Assembly: GCA_037447605.1 (NCBI GenBank)
Contig: CM074816.1
Location: forward strand, 1,454,525-1,518,524
DNA from: Zygnema circumcarinatum SAG 698-1b
Taxonomy: Eukaryota; Plantae; Zygnematophyceae
Length of the DNA stretch: 64,000 nt
Reading direction: 5' to 3'
The notes below the pieces were generated by a model. The model saw nothing but the letters and a program-made list of their open reading frames with translations. It ran no database searches and was not told the DNA's origin. The position numbers were made by a program, and so were the translations under genes. This document shows positions 32,584-44,378 of the stretch, piece by piece (the stretch's first letter is position 1; every line of letters starts with the position of its first letter).

Positions 32584-33024
32584 CAGTAGGACCCCATGAT
32601 ATTTTCGCCATGGTTTTGGCAAATATCGGGCGAAAATATTGTATTTGGCAAATTTAAGGTCCGTGTTAGGCGAGCGGCATTATGTTAGAGTTCATGTAGG
32701 TCCGTCCGTACGTACCGTACCATGTCGTACATTATCGTACTGTATCGTTTAGTATCGTATCGTATCGTATCGAATTCAAAAAGAAGGTGAGAAGAGCGAG
32801 CGCCTCTTACGCCGGCACGTGCGGGGAGATAAGGTGAGTTTTGCGTTAAGCCCGTAACGGCTAGTACAGCTAGTACGGCTAGTACGGTTCGTATGAATAG
32901 TATGAATAGTACGGATAATACGGCTAACACAATGTTACCGTACAAAAAGGTGGTTTCGGCAAAATCGGGGCGAATTTCTTGGGGACGCACTTTTGAAGGT
33001 GGAAAATATCATGGGGTCCTACTG
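32584..33024. mobile_element. Second copy of the pogo-like MITE family (reverse orientation), upstream of the USP gene
   Basis: TIRs CAGTAGGACCCCATGATATTTTC / GAAAATATCATGGGGTCCTACTG. Internal blocks (GGTGGTTTCGGCAAAATCGGGGCGAATTTCTTGGGGACGCAC; AAGGTCCGTGTTA..GGCGAGCGG.ATTATGTTAGAGTTCATG) are reverse complements of the 19060-19485 copy. Flanked by TG rather than TA. Confidence 0.7.
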
Positions 33025-33707
33025 TGGTCCCAGCGAGGGAAGCAGACACGTGCACATTGTCGGTGGAGCCAGTCGGAGGGAAGTTCAGGGTAGTCGCGTT
33101 ATAGTGTCCATGTCGGTCCCCACATACTTGTGTCACTATATCGGTAATGACCCGTTTGTCATTTCACATTTATAGTGACAATGTTATCACAAATGTTTTT
33201 GCGGTATATCCGTACACCTTCGATACCGTGCATTGTACTTTTTGGGCAGTCGTCACGTGGGTAGGTGTGTACAAACCCTAGCGAGCATGTGTACGGTCAA
33301 ATTGATGTGTACAAGCAAGTCGATATCTGACGGTATTTGTCGATAATAAGTACTGTCGTAATGTATTTGTAACGCATATTCCAATACGTGGGTGAATAAT
33401 ATCGAGAATTTGAATATATAGTAACAATTAGGGCTTTTCAATCATAATATCTGTTTTGGCGTCACTACTGGCGCAGGATCTGCAGTGGTCCAATTCCGTT
33501 CCCGGAAAAAACGTCGGTATATCCATTTTGTCTTTATAAACATTGTCACTTTAACGCGACTACCCTGTATTCGCCCCGCGGCTCCAAAGTTTACTTTGTA
33601 GAGCACACGTGTAAAGGACGCACGCCGTTGGCTGAAGGCAATCTCGCCTCGAAAACATCGATTGCTGACTTCCCCTGCTGACTCACCAGTCCAGCGCGGC
33701 ACAAACC

Positions 33708-34028
33708 AACCAATAGAGCGTGAGGCCACCGTCCTAAGGAATTGACGTGGCATTTAAAGTCGTACATTCTTCAACCAATCGAATGCGAGGCCACCGACCT
33801 ACGCAGATAACGTGGCATAAGAAGTTGTTCAGTATTCAACCAATGGGATGCGAGGCCACTGTCCTACGGAGGTGACGTGGCATTCATGTTGTACATTGTT
33901 TAACCAATCGGATGCGTGGCCACCGACCTACGGCAATGAAGTGGCATGAAAGCCGTACATTCTTCAACCAATCGGGTGCGAGGCTACCGACCTACTGAGC
34001 TGACGTGGCACTAAACCCGTACATTCTT
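33708..34028. promoter_or_regulatory. Five tandem 64-65-bp units, each with a CCAAT box and an ACGTGGCA (ABRE/G-box) site
   Basis: AACCAAT at 33708, 33773, 33838, 33902 and 33966. ACGTGGCA in four units, AAGTGGCA in one. Lies ~1.6 kb 5' of the USP ATG. Confidence 0.7.
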
Positions 34029-34956
34029 GTCGCGCTGGCCCTCGGCAGCGACCGGTACGCACTTCTCATTGGCTCGTCCCTCTCCCTTTCTCGCCCTCCT
34101 CCCCCTCACTCTCCCCTCTCTCCCTGCTGTCCCTCGCCCTCCCCTCCCCTCCCCCCTCTCTCTCCCCCCACCCTCTCCCTCCTCTCCCTCTCCCTCCTCT
34201 CCCTCCCCTACCCCCCCTCTTTTCCTCTCCCTCTCCCCCTCTTCTCCCTCCTACCCTCCCCCCTTCTCTCCCTCCCCTCCCTTCCCTTCCCCCCTCTCTC
34301 CCCCTCCTCTCCCTCCTCCCTTCCCCCCCTCGTCTCCCTCCTCCCCTCCCCCCCTCTCTCCCTCTCCCTTCCTCGCACACTTAGTCCGGAGGATGTGTGG
34401 CAGACTGGCCCTCCTGGTGTTGAAGCCCCGCCACGTGGCGGAACGTGACTGATCAAGGCAGTCGCTGGCAGCTTCGGCCCACTTAGAATGAATACTTCGC
34501 TTTACTAGAAACCCTAAAAACTTCGCTGGCATCACCGATTTTCCGTTTCATACAACTCAGTAACAGTATGCCTTTTCCTGAGATTCATCGTCTTCAAGGC
34601 TGACGTCAGCAGAGAGGTGGCGTCACCCCGACCTATTTCCCAGCCTGACGTCAGCACAGGTCCGGAAACTGTCCAAAAAACCAAAAAGTGAACTATGGAA
34701 TAAATAGAAAAAACTTGCCAAGGCAACAAAATGTTTTTTTCTCCCTCGAAAAAAACATTTTGAAGTTCTACCCTAAAAAAATGAAGTATTGTTTTCTTTC
34801 CTGCTCTTTCTCCTCTTCTAATTTCTTTTCTTTTATTCCCAACTCCTATTGGTTGGAAACTCGAAAAAGACCCAAAAACTAGAAAAAAATGATAGCGTCT
34901 TCCTTGGATTCCTTGGAAATAATAAATACTTTCTAATAATAATACCTCAAATTTTA

Positions 34957-36640
34957 TCAAATTCCGAAATAAATAAAAAGGAGGAGCCCCCCGAAGCCCA
35001 CATAAACTGAGAGGCTATACATGTGAGAAATCCGTTTAACGGCGCTTGAAGGAGGGGGGGAGGGGTTGCCAGCAAGGCCTGCATTGTCTATGGGGAGAAC
35101 CGGGGCGAAGGGGCCGGGAGGGGGAGGGAGAGAGGGAGGCGAGGGGGTGAGAGAGGGAGGAGGGGGAGAGAGAGAGGGAGAGGAAGTGGGGGTGAGAGAG
35201 GGAGGAGGGGGAGGGAGAGAGGGAGAGGAAGCGGGGGTGAGAGCGGGAGGAGGGGGGGCGAGAGTGGGAGCGGAAGTGGGGGTGAGAGAGGGAGGAGGGG
35301 GAGCGAGAGAGGGAGAGGAAGTGGGGGTGAGAGCGGGAGAAGGGGGGGCGAGAGTGGGAGAGGAAGTGGGAGTAAGAGAGGGAGGAGAGGGGCCAAGAGA
35401 GGGAGAGGAAGCGGGGGTGAAAGAGGGAGGGGGGGGGAGAAAGGGAGTGGGAGAGGGAGCAGTTGCTGGAGGGGAAGTGGAGTGGTTAGGAGAAGGGGTG
35501 GGAGTTTGGGAGCTGGGAGGGGAAGCGGTCGGGGAAAGAGTAGGGAGAGCAGCAGGAGAGGAAGTGGGAGGGGGAGGGAGAGGCGAGGGAATAGGAGAGG
35601 GAGCTGAAGGAGGTAGAGAGGGAGAGGTGGCGGGAGAGAAGGGTGGTGGGAGTGCAAGCACAACAGGAGGTTCTGAAGGTGGTACAGAGGTAGGGGTTGC
35701 TGCAGGAGGGAGAGAGGGAGACGTGGGAGGAGAGGAGGGAGAGGATGTTGGAGAAAGAAAGGGAGGGTACTCTGAGAATGGAGGGGAAGGAGCCACGGCG
35801 GGAGGAGGGAGAGAAGAGGGAGAGAGGACGGGAGGAGTCGAGAGAGGAGGAGAAGGAGAGGGAGCAGATGCTGGAGGGGGAGTGTCAGGTGGGGGAGAAG
35901 AGAAGAGAGGGGCAGGGACAGGAGGGAGTGTAGGAGGGAGGAGAGGGAGAGGAGAGGGAGCCAGTGTAGGAGGCGGGAGGGAGGGTGGGATTTCGATGGG
36001 AGGAGGTAGAGAGGGGATGGGAGAGACTGTGGGAGGGAGAGTGGGAGAGGGAGGGGTCGGAGGAGGCGGTGATGAAGCCGACGGTGCAGGTGAAGGCCTG
36101 TCCACCGGCGATGCAACAGGAGGAGGAGGGTTAGTTTTAGGGTTGGGAGAGGGAGAGGGAGAAGGAGAGAGGGGGGAAGGGGAGGGGGGAGGCCGGCGAC
36201 GCTTTTTGGGAGGAGGGGAGCGGGGAGAGAGAGGAGGAGATGAAGAGGGAGTAGAAGGCTCCGGCGGGGTGGAAGTGGTTATCGGGGAGGGAGGGAGAGA
36301 GGGGGCGAGGGTGGGAGAGGGAATGGGAGATGGAGCGGGAGGGCTCAGAATGGGACTGGGTGGGAGAGTGGTAGGAGGGGTGGCAGGGAAGAACGGTGGA
36401 GAGAAATCCGGGAGAGAAGGAGTGGGAGAGGGTTTAGGCTCTTCTGGGCGAGGAGCATCCCTGCAAGGAAGGGAAACATGGAACATCAGTACGTTTGGTA
36501 GAGGATGAGACAGAGGGCAAAGCGGGAGAGAGAGAGGAGAGAAAGAAAGGGAAGAGAGGAAAGGGACGAGAAGAGAAAGTAGATAGAGAGGAGAGAGAGT
36601 GGAAAGAGAGGTGAGAGTGAGGTGGGGGGAAAGTCAGGGG

Positions 36641-36689
<49 letters not shown>

Positions 36690-38628
36690 GGAGAGAGCGA
36701 AAAAGAGAAACACTTATCGGCTATACATCGACTTCGGACGTTTCTCATTATAAGAAAAAGAAAAACGCTCGAGGCTCCCATTTGAGGGAAAAAATGTTGT
36801 ACTGAACCTTCATAGAGTTGAGCAGAACAGCTGATGTTGACTAGACCTCGATAAAGTTAATGAGGTAGCTTCTAATTGATCTACGGATATTCATTAAGTT
36901 AAGGAGAGAACAAACTAGCCATACTTGGGTTGCTACACACCCCGTCTTCATCTTCACCCCGTCTGATTTTCCTTAGAATCAAAATTCCAAATTTTATCCT
37001 TTTGGGGATTTCTGTATACTATTCTACACATGCATTATGAAACTTACGTTATTTGTCAATACTATGGAAATTACAGTATATTATGGAAATAAATAAGCGG
37101 GTGTACTCACTCTGAAGGGGCCTTTGCTGGAGGAGAGGATGCTCCATCGGGAGTGGGAGTGGGAGGGGTGGGAGAGGGAGGAGTGGGAGAGGGAGGGGTG
37201 GGAGAGGAGAGAGAGAGAGGTGGAGGAGCAAGTTCTATGGGAATGGGAAGGGGCCCTGGTAAGGGCTGGGGAATCCTGCAATTGTGAAAACATGACTTCA
37301 TGAAACACACAGAATAATAAAAGAGGAGAGGACCAATAGCGCAAGGAATGCGGGTCATTGGTTAACTAATTTCCTGACTAATCAATTGACTAATGAGTGA
37401 TGTGGAGTACTAAGGTTTTCTTTAAGCATCAAGGAATGAGTAAGGAGTAGTTATGTTTGGACTCACCATTCAAGAGGAGGAGAGGGAGGAGAGTCCAACG
37501 GAGGAGAGGTGGGAGAGGGAGGCTCTTCAACTGGTGTGGTGGGAGGGAGTGGGAGAGTGGGAGGGAGAGGGGGGCTAGCAGCGGGAGCGGGAGAGGGAGA
37601 GGGAGATGAGACGGGNNNNNNNNNNTGCAAGCACAACAGGAGGTTCTGAAGGTGGTACAGAGGTAGGGGTTGCTGCAGGAGGGAGAGAGGGAGACGTGGG
37701 AGGAGAGGAGGGAGAGGATGTTGGAGAAAGAAAGGGAGGGTACTCTGAGAATGGAGGGGAAGGAGCCACGGCGGGAGGAGGGAGAGAAGAGGGAGAGAGG
37801 ACGGGAGGAGTCGAGAGAGGAGGAGAAGGAGAGGGAGCAGATGCTGGAGGGGGAGTGTCAGGTGGGGGAGAAGAGAAGAGAGGGGCAGGGACAGGAGGGA
37901 GTGTAGGAGGGAGGAGAGGGAGAGGAGAGGGAGCCAGTGTAGGAGGCGGGAGGGAGGGTGGGATTTCGATGGGAGGAGGTAGAGAGGGGATGGGAGAGAC
38001 TGTGGGAGGGAGAGTGGGAGAGGGAGGGGTCGGAGGAGGCGGTGATGAAGCCGACGGTGCAGGTGAAGGCCTGTCCACCGGCGATGCAACAGGAGGAGGA
38101 GGGTTAGTTTTAGGGTTGGGAGAGGGAGAGGGAGAAGGAGAGAGGGGGGAAGGGGAGGGGGGAGGCCGGCGACGCTTTTTGGGAGGAGGGGAGCGGGGAG
38201 AGAGAGGAGGAGATGAAGAGGGAGTAGAAGGCTCCGGCGGGGTGGAAGTGGTTATCGGGGAGGGAGGGAGGGAGGGAGGGAGGAGAGAGGGGGCGAGGGT
38301 GGGAGAGGGAATGGGAGATGGAGCGGGAGGGCTCAGAATGGGACTGGGTGGGAGAGTGGTAGGAGGGGTGGCAGGGAAGAACGGTGGAGAGAAATCCGGG
38401 AGAGAAGGAGTGGGAGAGGGTTTAGGCTCTTCTGGGCGAGGAGCATCCCTGCAAGGAAGGGAAACATGGAACATCAGTACGTTTGGTAGAGGATGAGACA
38501 GAGGGCAAAGCGGGAGAGAGAGAGGAGAGAAAGAAAGGGAAGAGAGGAAAGGGACGAGAAGAGAAAGTAGATAGAGAGGAGAGAGAGTGGAAAGAGAGGT
38601 GAGAGTGAGGTGGGGGGAAAGTCAGGGG

Positions 38629-38677
<49 letters not shown>

Positions 38678-40317
38678 GGAGAGAGCGAAAAAGAGAAACA
38701 CTTATCGGCTATACATCGACTTCGGACGTTTCTCATTATAAGAAAAAGAAAAACGCTCGAGGCTCCCATTTGAGGGAAAAAATGTTGTACTGAACCTTCA
38801 TAGAGTTGAGCAGAACAGCTGATGTTGACTAGACCTCGATAAAGTTAATGAGGTAGCTTCTAATTGATCTACGGATATTCATTAAGTTAAGGAGAGAACA
38901 AACTAGCCATACTTGGGTTGCTACACACCCCGTCTTCATCTTCACCCCGTCTGATTTTCCTTAGAATCAAAATTCCAAATTTTATCCTTTTGGGGATTTC
39001 TGTATACTATTCTACACATGCATTATGAAACTTACGTTATTTGTCAATACTATGGAAATTACAGTATATTATGGAAATAAATAAGCGGGTGTACTCACTC
39101 TGAAGGGGCCTTTGCTGGAGGAGAGGATGCTCCATCGGGAGTGGGAGTGGGAGGGGTGGGAGAGGGAGGAGTGGGAGAGGGAGGGGTGGGAGAGGAGAGA
39201 GAGAGAGGTGGAGGAGCAAGTTCTATGGGAATGGGAAGGGGCCCTGGTAAGGGCTGGGGAATCCTGCAATTGTGAAAACATGACTTCATGAAACACACAG
39301 AATAATAAAAGAGGAGAGGACCAATAGCGCAAGGAATGCGGGTCATTGGTTAACTAATTTCCTGACTAATCAATTGACTAATGAGTGATGTGGAGTACTA
39401 AGGTTTTCTTTAAGCATCAAGGAATGAGTAAGGAGTAGTTATGTTTGGACTCACCATTCAAGAGGAGGAGAGGGAGGAGAGTCCAACGGAGGAGAGGTGG
39501 GAGAGGGAGGCTCTTCAACTGGTGTGGTGGGAGGGAGTGGGAGAGTGGGAGGGAGAGGGGGGCTAGCAGCGGGAGCGGGAGAGGGAGAGGGAGATGAGAC
39601 GGGAGGGAGTGTGGGTGAAGACGGAACATTTTTCGAAGGGGGAGAGTGTTTTTTAGGTGAGGGGGGAGAGAGAGAGGGAGAGGGAGAAGTAGTGGGAGAG
39701 GGAGAAGAAGTGGGAGAGGGAGAGGGTGATGAGACGGGAGGGAGTGTGGGTGAAGAGGGAACATTTTTCGGAGGGGGAGAGTGTTTTTTAGGTGAGGGGG
39801 GAGAGAGAGAGGGAGAAGGAGAAGAGGTGGGAGAGGGAGAGGGTGATGAGACGGGAGGGAGTGTGGGTGAAGAGGGAACATTTTTCGGAGGGGGAGAGTG
39901 TTTTTTAGGTGAGGGGGGAGAGAGAGAGGGAGAGGGAGAAGAAGTGGGAGAGGGAGAGGGAGATGAGACGGGAGGGAGTGTGGGTGAAGACGGAACATTT
40001 TTCGGAGGGCGAGAGTGTTTTTTAGGTGAGGGGGGAGAGAGAGTGGGAGAGGGAGAAGAAGTGGGAGAGGGAGCGGGTGATGAGACGGGAGGGAGTGTGG
40101 GTGAAGACGGAACATTTTTCGGAGGGGGAGAGTGGTTTTTAGGTGAGGGGGAAGAGAGAGAGGGAGAGGGAGAAGAAGTGGGAGAGGGAGAGGGAGGGGG
40201 TTGTCTTCGTTTTTTGGGTGGGGGTGAAACCTCCCTGCCATAGCGAAAAGGTAAGGCGTCAGTACTGTAACGAGCATGATAGAGTGGGAGGGGCGTGTGA
40301 GAGAGAGGATAAGAGAG

Positions 40318-40381
<64 letters not shown>

Positions 40382-43300
40382 GAGAGAGAGGGGCAGAGAA
40401 AACAAGAGAGGGAGGGAGGGCGAGAGAGAATGAAGAGAGAGAGGGACAGGGAGAGAAGAAGAGAGGGCGAGAGAGAATGAAGAGAGAGAGGGACAGGGAG
40501 AGAAGAAGAGAGGGCGAGAGAGAGAAAGAAAGAGCGAGAAGGAGAGCGAGAGAGGGAGAGATGGGGTCCTCAGTGCATACTTTATACATACAAGGGGGTG
40601 CTTAATGAAGATTTTTTTCAAACACAGAAAGAGTCAAAAGGGACCCTCACTAAAGTCACTTATCGACTTAAATAAAAGTAAACAAATAAAAGACGAAGTT
40701 TCGCCATCACCTAGACGCTTTTCTTGATTAAATTCATCTTCGATCACAGACTGTAGACTTTAGCCTCATAAGGAAAAGGAGATTTTATTCAACTTCTCTA
40801 ATTACATTTTTTTCTCTCTCTCTTCGTTTAGTTCTTTCGTTTTTCTTTTTCCTTTTATGATGTTTTCATCGACACCATAGAGGAAAAAGTTTAAACACAA
40901 AAACTGGACTCACTCTGAAGGGGTCTTTGGTGGAGGAGAGGAGAAGGCTCCGTCGGGTGAGGGAGTGGGAGTGGGAGGGGTAGTGGGAGTGGGAGTGGGA
41001 GTGGGAGTGGGAGTAGGAGGGGGATTGGGAGTGGGAGAGGGAGAGGGCTTAGTGGTCGGAGAGGGGGTGAGAGGTGAAGGAGTGGGAGAGGAGGAGGGAG
41101 GTGAGAGAGGGTCTATAGGAATGGACGGGGGCTCAGTTATAGGCTGGGGAGTCCTGCATTTGCGAGATATGACTTTATGGAGGAGAAAACCACTCACAAA
41201 GGATGATACATAACTTAAAAAAAAAAAACATAACATAGTATTCCTTTCATTAGAAGTTTATACAGATCGTAACATAACAAAATTACCCAAAAGAAATGGC
41301 TTTGGGTATAATTGCACTCACAATTCGGGAGGAGAAGAGGGAGATTTCTCCGGAGGAGAGATCGGAGCCGGAGGTTCTCCAACTGGGGTGGTGGGCGAGG
41401 GTGGGAGAGAGGGAGGGAGAGAGGGAGGGAGAGAGGGAGGGAGAGAGGGAGCGGGCGAGGAGGTAGTGGGAGAGGGAGCGGAAAAGGGAGAGGCAGAAGG
41501 TTCCGGAGTGGGAGGGGAGGCGGTAGGAGGCGGAGGGGCTTTTGGACTTCTTTTTGGAGGAGAGGAGGGAACTAACTTGGGGGATGGTGGTGATAGTGAG
41601 GGAGGAGAGGGAGAGGGAGCGGCGGAAGGAGAGACTGCGGGAGGAAGTTCGGAGGGAGAGGACGATGGTGGGAGAGGAGAGATAGGGGAAGGAGCGGGAG
41701 GGCTAGGAATGGGTGCAATGAGGATTGGGGAGGGTATGGGAGAGGGAGAGGAGGGAGGGAGAAAGGTTGGGGAGAGTGGGGAGGGAGCAGGAGGGAGGAA
41801 GGAAGGTGCGGAGAGAGGAGGGGTGGGAGATAGAGAGGGGAGAGGAGAGGAAGTGGGAGGAAGAGGCCCTTCCGGTGAAGGGGAAGGTGGAGAAGCCGAG
41901 GGCGCCCTGAGAGAGAGGACACTAAGCCGGAACGTTGGCGAGGACCGAAGGAAAGAGGGAGAGTGTGGAGTGGGGAGAGGGAGAGAGTGGAGTGGAAAGT
42001 GGGAGAGTGTGGAGTGGAAAAAGGGAGAGAGTGGAGTGGAAAGAGGGAGAGAGTGGAGTGGGGGGAGAGAGAGAGTGGAGTGGAAAGAGGGAGAGTGCAG
42101 TGGAAAGAGGGAGAGAGTGGAGTGGGGAGAGAGAGAAGAGGAAGGTGGAAGGGACCAAAGACTCACGAGAGATAGGTTGAGGAGAGAGAGAGGAGTGAAG
42201 GGAGAGGTAGAGGGAGAGGGGGCTGAAGGGAGAGAAAGCAAGCTCGAGACAGACAGACCTAGAACCAAGTGCATTGGCTACCAAAAGGGTTACAGCTACA
42301 AGAGGGTTGGCTGTGGGAGAGCAGGGAGACAAGAGATAGTAGAGAGTGAGAGAGTACAAAATGTCGAGAAGGAAATGGAGTAGCGATGATAGGAGGGAGG
42401 AGTGATGAACACAAACACAGAGAGAGAGGGAGAGAGAGGGAGAGAGAGAAGCGCAAAAATATGAGAATTTCAACCTCAGACAGTTTTCGATTCCACANNN
42501 NNNNNNNAAGGCCATAGTACCTCAAACCGTACCCTCCGTTTGTCTTCTTCCCATTTTCTTTGTTCCTTTCTCCATAGGCTCAGTTCAGTTGGAGACAACA
42601 TGCATACTCCGATCCCTCTCTTCTTCATCGCCGCTTACTTACTCCACTCACAGAGAGAGGGAGACAGGGAGAGAGAGAGAAAGAGGGGGGGGCGAGAGGA
42701 AGAGAGAGAGAGAAGGGGAGGGAAAGAGAGAGAGAGAGGGAGGGACCCCACAAATCGAGGTGCAGTCACGCGGCTCATCTCGCCACATGACGTATTCCTC
42801 GAACGTTTGGTTTTCAGATTCGTTAGGAAGTCAAAGACTTAGGTTTCATCAGCTATAGGAANNNNNNNNNNAGGCGGTAGGAGGCGGAGGGGCTTTTGGA
42901 CTTCTTTTTGGAGGAGAGGAGGGAACTAACTTGGGGGATGGTGGTGATAGTGAGGGAGGAGAGGGAGAGGGAGCGGCGGAAGGAGAGACTGCGGGAGGAA
43001 GTTCGGAGGGAGAGGACGATGGTGGGAGAGGAGAGATAGGGGAAGGAGCGGGAGGGCTAGGAATGGGTGCAATGAGGATTGGGGAGGGTATGGGAGAGGG
43101 AGAGGAGGGAGGGAGAAAGGTTGGGGAGAGTGGGGAGGGAGCAGGAGGGAGGAAGGAAGGTGCGGAGAGAGGAGGGGTGGGAGATAGAGAGGGGAGAGGA
43201 GAGGAAGTGGGAGGAAGAGGCCCTTCCGGTGAAGGGGAAGGTGGAGAAGCCGAGGGCGCCCTGAGAGAGAGGACACTAAGCCGGAACGTTGGCGAGGACC

Positions 43301-44083
43301 GAAGGAAAGAGGGAGAGTGTGGAGTGGGGAGAGGGAGAGAGTGGAGTGGAAAGTGGGAGAGTGTGGAGTGGAAAAAGGGAGAGAGTGGAGTGGAAAGAGG
43401 GAGAGAGTGGAGTGGGGGGAGAGAGAGAGTGGAGTGGAAAGAGGGAGAGTGCAGTGGAAAGAGGGAGAGAGTGGAGTGGGGAGAGAGAGAAGAGGAAGGT
43501 GGAAGGGACCAAAGACTCACGAGAGATAGGTTGAGGAGAGAGAGAGGAGTGAAGGGAGAGGTAGAGGGAGAGGGGGCTGAAGGGAGAGAAAGCAAGCTCG
43601 AGACAGACAGACCTAGAACCAAGTGCATTGGCTACCAAAAGGGTTACAGCTACAAGAGGGTTGGCTGTGGGAGAGCAGGGAGACAAGAGATAGTAGAGAG
43701 TGAGAGAGTACAAAATGTCGAGAAGGAAATGGAGTAGCGATGATAGGAGGGAGGAGTGATGAACACAAACACAGAGAGAGAGGGAGAGAGAGGGAGAGAG
43801 AGAAGCGCAAAAATATGAGAATTTCAACCTCAGACAGTTTTCGATTCCACAAATTACAAAAAATATGTGTCGAGATTCTGAGGACTATGAGATAAAAGGC
43901 ATTTGTACCCCAATATCCCAATCTTGCAGGCCCCAAAAGGGCCTACATCGATTACATTACCCCATAAAGAAAATGCCATAAAATTGGAGCCTAAAAGGGT
44001 GCAAACAAGCCTGTAAAGGCCATAGTACCTCAAACCGTACCCTCCGTTTGTCTTCTTCCCATTTTCTTTGTTCCTTTCTCCAT
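34957..44083 (-). CDS. Large secreted Ser/Pro/Thr-rich hydroxyproline-rich glycoprotein (AGP/extensin-like) with hydrophobic C-terminal (GPI/TM-like) tail, ~1,120 aa after removing duplicated blocks. Exons: 44083-44041, 43664-43613, 41906-41322, 41153-40914, 40234-39455, 39263-39099, 36460-34957
   Basis: Phases 1,2,2,2,2,2 are consistent. N-terminus MEKGTKKMGRRQTEANPLVAVTLLVANALGSRAPS is signal-like (exon 1 least certain). SP/AP/TP dipeptides and SPPP blocks, basic PPPKKRR clusters, C-terminus SSAVKRISHMYSLSVYVGFGGLLLFIYFGI*. Confidence 0.75.
35653..39603. other. Gap-bounded direct duplication 35653-37615 / 37626-39603 (probable assembly overlap)
   Basis: Near-identical ~1.97-kb blocks whose ends coincide exactly with the 10-N gap at 37616-37625. 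Confidence 0.8.
39590..40190 (-). repeat. Coding 117-bp (39-aa) tandem repeat, ~5 copies, in HRGP exon 5
   Basis: GATGAGACGGGAGGGAGTGTGGGTGAAG at 39593, 39728, 39845, 39962 and 40079. Encodes [39 protein letters not shown]-like units. Confidence 0.85.
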
Positions 44084-44369
44084 AGGCTCAGTTCAGTTGG
44101 AGACAACATGCATACTCCGATCCCTCTCTTCTTCATCGCCGCTTACTTACTCCACTCACAGAGAGAGGGAGACAGGGAGAGAGAGAGAAAGAGGGGGGGG
44201 CGAGAGGAAGAGAGAGAGAGAAGGGGAGGGAAAGAGAGAGAGAGAGGGAGGGACCCCACAAATCGAGGTGCAGTCACGCGGCTCATCTCGCCACATGACG
44301 TATTCCTCGAACGTTTGGTTTTCAGATTCGTTAGGAAGTCAAAGACTTAGGTTTCATCAGCTATAGGAA
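41518..44369. other. Gap-bounded duplications 41518-42497 = 42872-43851 (980 bp) and 42508-42861 = 44016-44369 (354 bp), probable assembly artefacts
   Basis: Copies are essentially identical and bounded by the N gaps at 42498-42507 and 42862-42871. Confidence 0.85.
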
Positions 44370-44378
44370 TTTTAGGGT

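Noticed and set aside
33708-34028. CRISPR array (also considered for the 77-bp and 117-bp repeats)
   Set aside because: Whole units are homologous with no unique spacers, no cas genes are present, and the context is eukaryotic.
35066-36508. Plus-strand 480-aa Gly/Glu-rich ORF (also 37606-38496, 39497-40243, 41388-42383)
   Set aside because: Antisense shadow of the HRGP exons; splice signals, signal peptide and tail are all on the minus strand.
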